Positions 54,382 to 63,627 of a stretch of 64,000 nt of DNA are shown here, one piece after another. The notes under the pieces are model-generated. The model saw nothing but the letters and a program-made list of their open reading frames with translations. It ran no database searches and was not told where the DNA came from. The stretch's first letter is position 1. The number at the start of each line of letters is the position of its first letter. The DNA comes from Desulfobaccales bacterium (GTDB taxonomy: Bacteria; Desulfobacterota; Desulfobaccia; Desulfobaccales; 0-14-0-80-60-11), in the NCBI GenBank assembly GCA_049585595.1, contig JBAVAG010000013.1, forward strand, positions 23,643 to 87,642, in the 5' to 3' direction. Made by a program: the position numbers and the translations under genes.

Positions 54382-55044
54382 TCACTTTTCCTTAACCGGT
54401 GGCCTCTTGCGGCAGGCCTGGTAAATATCCTCGATGACCTGGGCCGATATGCTCTTCATGGCCTGGCTCATCCCCTGGGCCAGGCCCTGGGGGCTCTTCG
54501 TGGGCATTGGCTCCACGGCCTTATAACTTCTCTGGAAAACCACCCTTTGCGGCAAAAGCTCCTGCTGCGTATCGATGAGAGTGACGTTAATGGCCAGGGA
54601 GGCCTTCCAGCCATCGGGGTCATCGACTTCCTCGAAATCTTCCACCGCCCCTTCCAACCGATAGCGGCTGTTCCCGGAGTTGGGGGCCAGAAAGACCCCC
54701 CGGAACAGCCGGGAGTTGCGCAGGTCTCTGACGAGGTAGTCGGTTACCAGGTACCCGGGGTTGACCCGCCAGCGGTGGTAGCGGTAAACCTCACTTTGAT
54801 AGGGGCTGGGCCGATATACCATATCGCTGGTGTTAAACGCCTGCGCCACTGCGAACTGCTCCACCGTGAGGCCCTGGTCGAGCTGGGGGCGGGCCCCAAT
54901 CTCTGGGGAGGAGTATTCCAGGATATATTTCTCCACCGGCAGGGGCGGTTTTCCACATCCCGACAACAGGAAAATCAGGGACAACCAGAACATCAGGGTT
55001 GCCACCGATTGGAGCGGCACCGGCCAGGGTTCCAGTTTTCTCAT
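54382..55044 (-). CDS. ABC-type transport auxiliary lipoprotein (DUF330/PqiC-like)
   Basis: 220 aa, lipobox LLSGC. Lies immediately downstream of the MCE gene. Confidence 0.7.
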   Translation of the reverse strand: MRKLEPWPVPLQSVATLMFWLSLIFLLSGCGKPPLPVEKYILEYSSPEIGARPQLDQGLTVEQFAVAQAFNTSDMVYRPSPYQSEVYRYHRWRVNPGYLVTDYLVRDLRNSRLFRGVFLAPNSGNSRYRLEGAVEDFEEVDDPDGWKASLAINVTLIDTQQELLPQRVVFQRSYKAVEPMPTKSPQGLAQGMSQAMKSISAQVIEDIYQACRKRPPVKEK

Positions 55045-55058
55045 CCGTTCACCTTGGG

Positions 55059-55955
55059 TTATTCATTCCATCTCTTTTGAGGCGGTTTGCCGAATAAAAG
55101 ATCGGGCGGCCGCTCCTTGACCCGTTCCAGGAATTGGTCCAGGGAGGCCGAGGCGCGCTGGAGACTGTCGGTGAGTGACGCCGCGTCCTGGGCGACGGTG
55201 CGGTATCGGGACAGCGTTTCCGAAAGCTTCATGGCCTGCACCTCTTTCTCGACACTGGCTGCTAGGGCGTGGACTTCCTTGATGGAATCCCGGGTTTCCG
55301 TCAGAATCTCATCCAGCTTTTTGGCGCTGACCGTATCGTTGACCCGTCCGGTGAACTTATCCAGGTTGGTCGCAGTGCCATGCAGTCTCGCCAGGATTCC
55401 GGTCATCTCCTTGCCCTGCAGGAAGTCTTGCATAGCCCTGGTCGTGAGGATGACCTGGTCGGAAATGCGTTTCGTGTCAACCTGTTGGAACTTTTCCATA
55501 ATGAGGTTGGCGGAGTTAATGAGGCGCTGGATCTCGGAAGGCTGGGTGGGGATTATGGGATATTCGGAAGGGAAGTCAATCTTGGGTGACAAGGCCTGCT
55601 TCCCGGGTGAGGGCCGGTCAAGCCCGATGAATTTTACCCCGGTGATGCCGGCCGACCTCAGTTGAGCTATGGTGGTCTTGGATAAATTACCCCGCAGGTT
55701 GATCTTCATGACCACCCCGACCAGTTTACCATCGGGCGCCACCTCAATCTCCTGCACCCGGCCCACATCTACGCCCCGGTATTTGACGCTGGAATCTGCC
55801 TGCAGGCCCTCCACCGATTCGTCGAAGTACGAGACGTAGTCCTTCCCTTTTTGAAAGAAGCTGCTGGCTCCCACCCAGATGATACCGGCCACCGCCAAAA
55901 AGAATCCCAGGATCACAAAGAGCCCCAGAATGAAGTCGGTAGATTTTTTAGCCAT
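55059..55955 (-). CDS. mlaD: MCE/MlaD-family substrate-binding protein
   Basis: 298 aa. N-terminal TM, MCE domain (V.Y.GV.VG.V..I), and a long helical C-terminus. Confidence 0.8.
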   Translation of the reverse strand: MAKKSTDFILGLFVILGFFLAVAGIIWVGASSFFQKGKDYVSYFDESVEGLQADSSVKYRGVDVGRVQEIEVAPDGKLVGVVMKINLRGNLSKTTIAQLRSAGITGVKFIGLDRPSPGKQALSPKIDFPSEYPIIPTQPSEIQRLINSANLIMEKFQQVDTKRISDQVILTTRAMQDFLQGKEMTGILARLHGTATNLDKFTGRVNDTVSAKKLDEILTETRDSIKEVHALAASVEKEVQAMKLSETLSRYRTVAQDAASLTDSLQRASASLDQFLERVKERPPDLLFGKPPQKRWNE

Positions 55956-55957
55956 AT

Positions 55958-56743
55958 CTATGATCCCTTAAGCTGATCGCTGCCGGCAGGCTTTCGGTTA
56001 AAGAAGTTTAGCACCCGGGGGTCCGGGGAATGCTCCTTGAGGTCGCGGGGATCGCCTTCAGCGATGATTCCCCTGGCGCTCTTATCCAACATTATCACCC
56101 GGTGGGCAATGGCAAAGATTGACTCCAGTTCATGGGTGACCACCACCATGGTCGTGCCCATCCCGGCATTGAGGCTTTTGATCAAGTTGTCCAGTTCCAC
56201 TGCGGTTATGGGATCCAATCCCGCCGAGGGTTCATCGAAGAAGAGGATTGCAGGGTCCAGCGCCATGGCCCGGGCCAGTCCCGCTCGTTTCGCCATCCCC
56301 CCGGAGATCTCTTCGGGGAGGTGGTTTTCATACCCGGCCAGATTAACCAGGGCCAGTTTCATCCTCACAATGAGTTCGATGGTCTCCTCATTCAGGTCGG
56401 TAAATTCCTGGAGGGTTAAGCCCACGTTTTGAGCCAGGGTCATGGACCCGAAGAGGGCGCCGGACTGAAAGAGCACCCCGATCCCGGTTTTGAAGGAATG
56501 GAGCAGTCCTTCGTCTTCCGTCATAATATCGATGCCATTGACCAGCACTCTCCCCGCCGCGGGCCGATAAAGGCCAATCAGATGTTTGAGCAGGGTCGAT
56601 TTGCCGCAGCCGCTTCCCCCAAGAATCACCAGGATTTCACCGCGGTTAACCTGGAAGCTGATCCGTTCGAAGACGGTATTCTCCCCAAAGCGGGCGGTGA
56701 GTCCGTCCACCACGATGATGGGGTCTTGACTGGCCTTTTCCAA
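55958..56743 (-). CDS. mlaF: Mla-type ABC transporter ATP-binding protein
   Basis: Walker A GGSGCGKST, signature ISGGMAKRAGLARA, Walker B ILFFDEP. Confidence 0.88.
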   Translation of the reverse strand: MEKASQDPIIVVDGLTARFGENTVFERISFQVNRGEILVILGGSGCGKSTLLKHLIGLYRPAAGRVLVNGIDIMTEDEGLLHSFKTGIGVLFQSGALFGSMTLAQNVGLTLQEFTDLNEETIELIVRMKLALVNLAGYENHLPEEISGGMAKRAGLARAMALDPAILFFDEPSAGLDPITAVELDNLIKSLNAGMGTTMVVVTHELESIFAIAHRVIMLDKSARGIIAEGDPRDLKEHSPDPRVLNFFNRKPAGSDQLKGS

Positions 56744-56821
56744 GGGGTTTCCTTTGGCTGGTCCCTAATCAGGGATACGAAAATTAGCCCATATAGCCAA
56801 AACGATTTGCTGACTCTTCGG

Positions 56822-57973
56822 TTAAATCCCTAAATATTGAAAAGCCAGGGCAAAGGCTGAATCGGTGACAATTATAAGAAAAAGGGCGGCCACCACCGCC
56901 GAAGTTGTGGCCGAACCCACCGCCGCGGCCCCCCCGCGCACCTGAAAACCCCGCTGGCAGCCGATGCCCGCAATGAGCACTGCAAAGACTCCGGCCTTCA
57001 GGAGGCTGAGCAGAATATCCAACAAGGCCAGGCTGGTCTGGGTCTCCTTCAGGTAAGCGTAAGGTGTCAGGTCCAGGCCCAAGACCCCCACCACCAGGCC
57101 GCCGGCGATCCCGAAGATATCGGCGTAAATGGTGAGGAGGGGAACCACGATGATGGCTGCCAGGACCTTGGGGGTCGCCAGAAACCTGATGGGGTCGAAA
57201 CCCATGGTGACCAGGGCGTCCACCTCTTCATTGACCTTCATGGTGCCGATTTCTGCGGCAAAGGCAGAACCCGACCTCCCGGCTACCAGAATGGCGGTCA
57301 TGATGGGGCCCAGTTCCTTGACCATGCCAATGGCCAGCAGAGAGGCCACAAAGATATTGGCCCCGAATTGTTTGAGCTGCAGCGAAGACATGAAGGCGAT
57401 AATGAGTCCCAGGAGGAAGCTGAGGAGCCCGACGATGGGCAGTCCGTCCGCGCCCGCTCTTTTCATATAATAGGTTACGTCCGGCCAGCGGACCGAACGA
57501 GGATGAAGCAATGCTTGCACCAGGCTGATGAGGAGGGCTCCCAGAAAAACGGTCACCTCCACCAGATCATTGACGAAATGGCGGCTGCCCTCACCCAGTT
57601 GCTCAACCAAACTGGCGCTCCCCCGCTCTTTGATCAAAGGAGGGATCTTCAGGGCTTCGGGGTCGATGAGGCCCATGATACCCTTAGCCTTCTGGCTTAG
57701 ATTGACAAACTGCAGGGGCACGGACCTGGCTTTGGACTCGCTCTCAAGCTGCAGGAGCCCCAGGGCCCCGGCACTGTCCAGATATTCCACTCCGGCCAGA
57801 TCCACGGTCAGTTTGACGGGGGTCTTTCTCGTCAGCAGGGCCGAGACTTCCTCGTTAAAGAGGCTCAAATTTTCCAGGGCGATGCGGCCGGAGATGGCGA
57901 GATTGAGTTCCCGGCCTTTCTGGCCGGCCACCTTTAAAGTGAAGTTGCTACTCGGGTGGGGGGGGTGCGGCAT
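56822..57973 (-). CDS. mlaE: MlaE-type permease fused to an N-terminal STAS (MlaB-like) domain
   Basis: 383 aa. The first ~115 aa are STAS-like (LDLAGVEYLDSAGALGLL). The remainder is an MlaE permease (GFDPIRFLATPKVLA). Confidence 0.8.
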   Translation of the reverse strand: MPHPPHPSSNFTLKVAGQKGRELNLAISGRIALENLSLFNEEVSALLTRKTPVKLTVDLAGVEYLDSAGALGLLQLESESKARSVPLQFVNLSQKAKGIMGLIDPEALKIPPLIKERGSASLVEQLGEGSRHFVNDLVEVTVFLGALLISLVQALLHPRSVRWPDVTYYMKRAGADGLPIVGLLSFLLGLIIAFMSSLQLKQFGANIFVASLLAIGMVKELGPIMTAILVAGRSGSAFAAEIGTMKVNEEVDALVTMGFDPIRFLATPKVLAAIIVVPLLTIYADIFGIAGGLVVGVLGLDLTPYAYLKETQTSLALLDILLSLLKAGVFAVLIAGIGCQRGFQVRGGAAAVGSATTSAVVAALFLIIVTDSAFALAFQYLGI

Positions 57974-58040
57974 AATATCCCGGAAATCGCCGGACCCGCC
58001 ATTTGGCTCTTCCGGGCCTGCGAATCTCGTAAGGGGTGAG

Positions 58041-58601
58041 CTATTTATTAAAATCGAGAGCCAGGAACTCTTTATCGGTCAGATCCCACCTGTGGGACGC
58101 TTCCGTGGCGTCGAAGCTGAAGCCCACTATCCCAACCAACCGGTCCTCATGGAGGAGTGGGACAGCAATGATATAAATCTTAGAGCCATCCTGTAAAAAG
58201 AAGCGTTGTTGGGAGATCTTACGGGTTTTCACGACCTGATCAAAAAAACCGTAGCCGGAGAAATTGAGCAGCCCTTTTTTCTCGGGATACCTTGCGAGGA
58301 TTTCTCCGTCCGGGTCCACGACGCCGATCTGGAAAGGGCACATGCGGCAGAGTTTAATACCCGTTTCGGCCGTTGCCAGGTCCTTATTGATGGCTGCCGG
58401 GTCCCGTTGGGCCACCGCTTCCGCCAGCGACGCCGTCAGCCGCTGGATGCAGTCCTTGGCCTCATGCTTGAAAGAGGCGGCGCCGGGACTCAAGGGTGGT
58501 TCTTTGGAGGAACAGGCGCAGAGAGTCAAAAGGATTATTAGAAAAGGGAGATTAAGAAGACGACCGGGGCTAAATTTTTCGGGAAGATTATTGTGTGCCA
58601 T
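58041..58601 (-). CDS. Lipoprotein with a Cache/PDC-like fold (tentative)
   Basis: 186 aa, lipobox-like LTLCAC. The C-terminal beta-rich segment resembles single-Cache sensors. No family firmly recognised. Confidence 0.45.
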   Translation of the reverse strand: MAHNNLPEKFSPGRLLNLPFLIILLTLCACSSKEPPLSPGAASFKHEAKDCIQRLTASLAEAVAQRDPAAINKDLATAETGIKLCRMCPFQIGVVDPDGEILARYPEKKGLLNFSGYGFFDQVVKTRKISQQRFFLQDGSKIYIIAVPLLHEDRLVGIVGFSFDATEASHRWDLTDKEFLALDFNK

Positions 58602-58756
58602 TTGCCTCCACCCATCCCAATCTTAATTTAACTGAGGCTCCACTCCTAGAAAATATTTTAGCATTTCTTCAGCCTGGCCGCGAATCGGCGACGCGCCAGG
58701 TAATGGCTGCGGCTGCGTCACCGCATCTGCCCCGGGCCGGGGCCGCTTAAATCCTA

Positions 58757-60058
58757 CTATTCACTTCCCCCAAACACCCGGGCAAAAATGGCATCGACGT
58801 GGCGCAGGTAGCGGCTCAGGTCGAAGATAGGGGCCAGTTCCTCGGGGGTCAGACACCGGGCGATCTCGGCATCCGCCTGGACCAACGCCGCAAACTCGCC
58901 TCCCTGCTCCCAGACCTGCATGGCCGGGCGCTGCACCAACCGGTAAGCCGTGTCCCGGCTCAGGCCTTTGCCAATCAGCGCCAGCAGCAGGCCCTGGGAG
59001 AAGATCAGGCCGTGGGTGAGGTTGAGGTTCTTCAACATATTATTCGGATAAACTGTAAGATTCTTGAGCAAGCGGGTCAGGCGAGCCAGCATGAAGTCCA
59101 GGAGCACGGTGCTGTCCGGGGCGATGAGCCGTTCCACCGAGGAATGGCTGATGTCCCGCTCGTGCCACAGGGGCACGTTTTCCAGGGCCGCCAGGGCATT
59201 GGCCCGGAGCAGCCGGGCCAGGCCGCAGAGGTTCTCGGACAGAACCGGGTTGCGCTTGTGGGGCATGGCGGAAGAGCCCTTCTGGCCGGCGGCGAAGGCC
59301 TCCTCGGCCTCCCGCACCTCGGTGCGCTGCAGGTGGCGGATCTCCAGGGCCACCTTCTCGATGCTGGCGCCGATCAAGGCCAGGGTGAGAAAGTACTCGG
59401 CGTGCCGGTCCCGCTGAATCACCTGGGTGGAGATGGTGGCCGGGGCAAGTCCCAGGCGGGCGCAAGTCTTGGCCTCGACCTCCGGGGGCAGGTGGGCAAA
59501 GGTACCCACCGCGCCGGAGAGCTTGCCCACCGCGATGGTTTGGCGGGCGGCCGCCAGACGGGCGCGTTGCCGCTCAAACTCTGCAAACCACAAGGCGAAT
59601 TTCAATCCCAGGGTAGTCGGTTCGGCGTGCACCCCATGGGTGCGGCCCACCATGGGCAGGTCCTTAAATTCATAGGCCCTCTCTTTCAGGACCTTGAGCA
59701 GCTCATCGAGGTCGGTTTGCAAGAGGTCGGCGGCTTCCATCAGGCGCAGGGCCAGGGCGGTATCCAGTACGTCCGAGGAAGTGAGCCCGAAGTGGAAATA
59801 GCGGCCGTCCTCCCCCAAACAGGCGGCTACCTGGTCCACAAAGGCGGCCACGTCATGATGGGTCTTTTCTTCCAGGGCCAGAATCTGATCCACGTCGCAG
59901 GCGGCCTTGGCGGCGGCCCGGGCCGGTGTCTCCCGGGGGATGAGGCCGCACTCGGCCATGGCCGTAAGGGCCGCCAGCTCCACCTGGAGCCAACTGGCAT
60001 ATTTGTTCTCTTCGCCCCAGATGCGGGCCATTTCCTTGCGGCTATATCGGGGAATCAT
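58757..60058 (-). CDS. purB: Adenylosuccinate lyase
   Basis: 433 aa. MIPRYSRKEM..IW, and the fumarate-lyase signature GSSAMPHKRNP. Confidence 0.95.
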   Translation of the reverse strand: MIPRYSRKEMARIWGEENKYASWLQVELAALTAMAECGLIPRETPARAAAKAACDVDQILALEEKTHHDVAAFVDQVAACLGEDGRYFHFGLTSSDVLDTALALRLMEAADLLQTDLDELLKVLKERAYEFKDLPMVGRTHGVHAEPTTLGLKFALWFAEFERQRARLAAARQTIAVGKLSGAVGTFAHLPPEVEAKTCARLGLAPATISTQVIQRDRHAEYFLTLALIGASIEKVALEIRHLQRTEVREAEEAFAAGQKGSSAMPHKRNPVLSENLCGLARLLRANALAALENVPLWHERDISHSSVERLIAPDSTVLLDFMLARLTRLLKNLTVYPNNMLKNLNLTHGLIFSQGLLLALIGKGLSRDTAYRLVQRPAMQVWEQGGEFAALVQADAEIARCLTPEELAPIFDLSRYLRHVDAIFARVFGGSE

Positions 60059-60205
60059 GTCTTCACCTCAGAGAAGCTATCCGCTTTTTACAAGTAGGCG
60101 CCCCGTAATTATAAACGGAAGCCCCGGACAAGAAAAGAAGATTGACGGGGCGACTTTGAATAGATAACTTTCTGGACATGCAGAATCTGTGCCTAGGAGA
60201 CTGAT

Positions 60206-60856
60206 ATGGCCGATTGGGGGGAAATTTTCGCAGCTCCCAGGATGCAAGAGCTGCAGCCCAACCCGGAGTTACTGGCCTTGGTGCCGGCTCTGAGACTGGC
60301 AGGCTGCCAGCGGGTCCTGGATGCGGGCTGCGGGGTGGGCCGCCATCTCCTACCCATGGCGCAGGATGGCTTTCAGGTGGTGGGGGTGGATCGGGAGGCC
60401 TCGGTGCTCCGGGTGCTCAAGGGCCGTCTCCAAGCCGCCGCCTTATCGGCTCCTTTGCTCTTAGCCGATCTACGCCGTCTGCCCGTAGCAACTCGTCGCT
60501 TCGATCTGGGAGTCAGCATCAACGTAATCAGTCACGGTGACGCGGCCGCTTTTCGGGAATGTTGCCGGGAGTTGGACCGGGTATTGAAGGTCGGCGCCCA
60601 TCTGTTCATTTATGTTTCACCCCTTATCTTCGCCGCCAGTGTGATGCTGCCCGGTACCAGGGAACTGGAGCCCGGCACCCTGGTGGACATCGCTACTCCG
60701 GACGGCAAATTGGTACACCATTTCCCCACTCCCCAAGAATTAAAAGGGCAATTTCCGGGCTATGAGCTCTCTCGCCTGGAGACCATCCAGGCAGCCATCC
60801 CCTTCATGGGCAACGTGGAAATGCCTCAACTCATCTTTTATGGACGGAAAAGATAG
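60206..60856 (+). CDS. Class I SAM-dependent methyltransferase
   Basis: 216 aa. Motif I VLDAGCGVGRH. Ends in TAG. Confidence 0.75.
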   Translation: MADWGEIFAAPRMQELQPNPELLALVPALRLAGCQRVLDAGCGVGRHLLPMAQDGFQVVGVDREASVLRVLKGRLQAAALSAPLLLADLRRLPVATRRFDLGVSINVISHGDAAAFRECCRELDRVLKVGAHLFIYVSPLIFAASVMLPGTRELEPGTLVDIATPDGKLVHHFPTPQELKGQFPGYELSRLETIQAAIPFMGNVEMPQLIFYGRKR

Positions 60857-60882
60857 CCGCCCGGAGCGGATTGCAGCCGGCA

Positions 60883-61004
60883 AAATTCGGCGGGCCCAGC
60901 CCGCCGTCTAAGGTCAGGCACAGGCCGGAAGCCTGGGGCGCCAGGTTGTAGTGAGTCCGGATGCCTAAGTGACAGAAAACAGAAAACAGAAAACAGTCTT
61001 CTAA
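60883..61004. repeat. Copy 1 of the duplicated intergenic element, ending in (CAGAAAA)x3
   Basis: aaattcggcgggcccagcc (60883-60901), then a 78-nt block (60927-61004) identical to 61157-61227 except for one extra CAGAAAA. Confidence 0.9.
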
Positions 61005-61054
61005 AATCCTGCGTCGACCTTAAAGCCATCTCATCGAAAGCTTTAGACTACTCC

Positions 61055-61079
61055 GCACAGGCGAGACGCCTATGCCACC
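61055..61079. repeat. Second copy of the GCACAGGCG..CGCCTRTGCCACC hairpin repeat
   Basis: gcacaggcgagacgcctatgccacc versus 12051-12075. Confidence 0.8.
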
Positions 61080-61113
61080 GGGTTTTGGAGGATAGGGCGG
61101 CCTAGGGCCGCCG

Positions 61114-61227
61114 AAATTCGGCGGGCCCAGCCGCCCTATACGTCCGGACAGAAGCTGGAAGCCTGGGGCGCCAGGTTGTAGTGAGTCCGGATGCCTAAGT
61201 GACAGAAAACAGAAAACAGTCTTCTAA
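61114..61227. repeat. Copy 2 of the duplicated intergenic element, ending in (CAGAAAA)x2
   Basis: aaattcggcgggcccagcc (61114-61132), then a 71-nt block (61157-61227). Confidence 0.9.
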
Positions 61228-61298
61228 GGTCCGCCCCGGCGGAGGCCGGGGCCGCAACTTGCGTCTGCGAACCGGTTCCGCTAAAATCTAGGAAATAT

Positions 61299-62399
61299 AT
61301 GACTCAGAAAGATAAAACCTTGCGGATAAAACGCAAACCTACCCGGGCCATCCGGATCGGGGGTGTGCAGATCGGCGGCGGCGCCCCGGTGGTGGTGCAG
61401 TCCATGACCAACACCGACACCAGGAAGGTGGGAGCTACCCTGGCCCAGATCCAGAGATTGGCTGCGGCCGGCTGCGAGGTGGCCCGGCTGGCGGTGCCGG
61501 ATCAGAAGGCGGCCCAGGCGCTGGGGGAAATCAAGAAAGAGAGCCCGCTGCCCCTGATTGCCGACATCCATTTCAATCATCGTCTGGCTTTGGCCGCCCT
61601 GGAGCAAGGGGCTGACGCCATCCGCATCAACCCCGGCAACCTGGGAGGGGAGAAGAAGACCCGCCAGGTGCTGGAGGCCTGCCGGCAACGAGGCGTGCCG
61701 CTGCGACTGGGGGTAAATGCCGGCTCCCTGGAGCCGGACCTGCTTGAAAAGTACGGGGCCCCCACCGCCGCGGCCCTGGCGGCCAGCGCCCTCCGCTGGG
61801 TCAAGAAATTTGAGGACTGGGGCTTTTTTGACTTCAAGATTTCTTTGAAATCTTCCGATGTCTTGGTAACAGTGGCGGCCTACCGGAAGGTGTCGCGCCG
61901 GACGGATTATCCTTTGCACCTGGGGGTGACCGAAGCCGGGGGCCTGATCGCCGGAACGGTGAAGTCTGCCCTGGGGATCGGCATGCTGCTGGCCCAGGGC
62001 ATCGGCGACACCATCCGGGTCTCACTCACCCGGGACCCGGTGGAGGAGGTGCGGGCGGCCTATGAGATTCTCCGGGCCCTGCATCTCAGGGAGCGGGGGG
62101 TGGAACTGATTTCCTGCCCCACCTGCGGCCGCTGCCGCCTGGACCTCTTCTCCCTGGCCGAGGAGGCGGAGCGCCGCCTGCTGGCGGTGACCACGCCGCT
62201 GAAGGTGGCCATCATGGGCTGCGTGGTGAACGGCCCGGGGGAGGCCCGGGAGGCGGACGTCGGCGTGGCTGGAGGCGCCGGGGTGGGGGTCCTGTTCAAA
62301 AAGGGGCGCAAACTGCGCCAGGTGCCAGAGGCAGAGTTGCTGCGCGCCCTGCTTGCGGAAGTGGCGGCCTTAACCGGTGAGGCGGTAGATTTGTCGTAA
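61299..62399 (+). CDS. ispG: 4-hydroxy-3-methylbut-2-en-1-yl diphosphate synthase
   Basis: 366 aa. PVVVQSMTNTDT, ADIHF, RINPGN, and Cys ligands CPTCGRC. Confidence 0.95.
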   Translation: MTQKDKTLRIKRKPTRAIRIGGVQIGGGAPVVVQSMTNTDTRKVGATLAQIQRLAAAGCEVARLAVPDQKAAQALGEIKKESPLPLIADIHFNHRLALAALEQGADAIRINPGNLGGEKKTRQVLEACRQRGVPLRLGVNAGSLEPDLLEKYGAPTAAALAASALRWVKKFEDWGFFDFKISLKSSDVLVTVAAYRKVSRRTDYPLHLGVTEAGGLIAGTVKSALGIGMLLAQGIGDTIRVSLTRDPVEEVRAAYEILRALHLRERGVELISCPTCGRCRLDLFSLAEEAERRLLAVTTPLKVAIMGCVVNGPGEAREADVGVAGGAGVGVLFKKGRKLRQVPEAELLRALLAEVAALTGEAVDLS

Positions 62400-62651
62400 G
62401 GTGGAGAGCTGTGGCCCTGAGCCGCGGCAGGCCGGGTCAAAAACCGGCATTATTTGAGCCGGCTTGAAAAGACTAGGGAAAAAGGGCCTTACGAAATCTA
62501 CATCAATCCCGCTGGCGGTTTTTCTAAGGGTTTTATTCCTCCTGCTTCCCAGACGTTTCAGACGCGGCGAGTTATCAAGCCGTTGAACTTCGCAACAGCC
62601 CCTTCCCCTGAACCGAAGGAACCTAATTCTCTTCAAAACTAGTACCATTAA

Positions 62652-62799
62652 AAAATCGGGGATTTGTCCTTTCAAAATCAGGGATTGCCTTATTGGCTTC
62701 TTTTATGGATGTATTAAAGTGCAATCAGCCTGTACTATGTAAAAAATTGTAGATTTTCACAATAAATCCCTTGACAAATGGCTAAAAGGTTTTTAATGA
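62652..62799 (+). promoter_or_regulatory. AT-rich control region: two direct AAAATCRGGGATT boxes 22 bp apart, an inverted AAATCCCT box abutting the -35, and a sigma70-like promoter
   Basis: Boxes at 62652-62664 and 62674-62686. Inverted box at 62764-62771. TTGACA (62771-76), 17-nt spacer, TAATGA (62794-99). Confidence 0.4.
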
Positions 62800-62899
62800 T
62801 TGATTGACTCTAATAGTTTGGTTATAAGGGAAGGTTCGTTCCCTTATTACCGAAGATGGTGGTTTATCGAAACCAATTGGACACCAGCCAATCCAATAA

Positions 62900-63448
62900 A
62901 TGGTGGATAACTCTATGGACAAAAAGATAATTTTTCTTATCTTGGCCATGTTCTGGTTAGTGGTGGGTTTCCCCACCGATCATGTGCAACGCGCCTATGC
63001 CTATCCCGTCGGTGAATCTGCGGACTGCAATGCGTGCATGGGTTTCGAACCCGTGAAGGGGGATTCGGGGGCGTTGCCGAATGTGCAGTATCCTTTTACC
63101 CCGGAGGCTGCGGGGCAATATGAACGGCCCCGCGAGTACACGGGGATCATCAAGAATAAGAGCAATTGCGACGTTTCGCTCTATTCGCGCAATAGCGACG
63201 CCACCTTGATCATTCCGGCCCATAGCTGGATCGAATACTCTGCCTGGGTGCGCCATTTCCCGGTGACGGCCTATTGTGAAGGCAAGCCTTTTTACTGCTT
63301 GAATATCTGTGCCAATCCCAACTCCTACCCCTTCATGTGCAAGAACTATGATTTCATGGTGGAAATCCCCGGCGGAAGGGAAGGAAGGCAGGGGTACCCC
63401 GGGAAGAAGCTCAAGAGAAGGGTAAGAAAATTGAGGGCGGTGGGATAG
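62900..63448 (+). CDS. Hypothetical secreted Cys-rich protein with a basic C-terminal tail
   Basis: 182-aa ORF (alternative ATG at 62915) with an N-terminal hydrophobic signal, 8 Cys and tail KKLKRRVRKLRAVG. No family recognised. Confidence 0.5.
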   Translation: MVDNSMDKKIIFLILAMFWLVVGFPTDHVQRAYAYPVGESADCNACMGFEPVKGDSGALPNVQYPFTPEAAGQYERPREYTGIIKNKSNCDVSLYSRNSDATLIIPAHSWIEYSAWVRHFPVTAYCEGKPFYCLNICANPNSYPFMCKNYDFMVEIPGGREGRQGYPGKKLKRRVRKLRAVG

Positions 63449-63488
63449 GGAAGGCTCAAGCAAACAGGTCCGCTAGATATGAATTTGC

Positions 63489-63525
63489 GGGGGAAGCCCA
63501 GAAGGGTGTTCCCCCGATTTTTTTT
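63489..63525 (+). terminator. Rho-independent terminator
   Basis: GGGGGAA (63489-95) pairs with TTCCCCC (63509-15), followed by GA plus T8. Confidence 0.6.
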
Positions 63526-63544
63526 CGGGTTGCCTGAACTTGAG

Positions 63545-63596
63545 TAGGGGCGCACCCAAACACAGGCTGGAAGCCTGTGCCACTGTCCGCCCCTAC
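63545..63596. repeat. Nested REP-like element GTAGGGGCG...CACAGGC-TGGAA-GCCTGTG...CGCCCCTAC
   Basis: Outer gtaggggcg/cgcccctac arms enclose a perfect 7-bp hairpin (63561-63579). Confidence 0.8.
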
Positions 63597-63627
63597 GCCG
63601 CAAGAACCTTTTGCAGGGAAGCTGTGA

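Noticed and set aside
58799-60097. 432-aa plus-strand ORF antisense to purB. Comparable cases are 12098-13240 (antisense to the radical SAM gene), 7803-8723 and 8914-9915.
   Set aside because: The opposite strand encodes proteins with unmistakable family motifs. The antisense translations are Gly/Arg/Gln/His-rich with no motifs.
60883-61227. CRISPR-like or minisatellite array.
   Set aside because: There are only two copies, about 115 nt long. No spacer-repeat regularity is present and no cas genes lie in the window.
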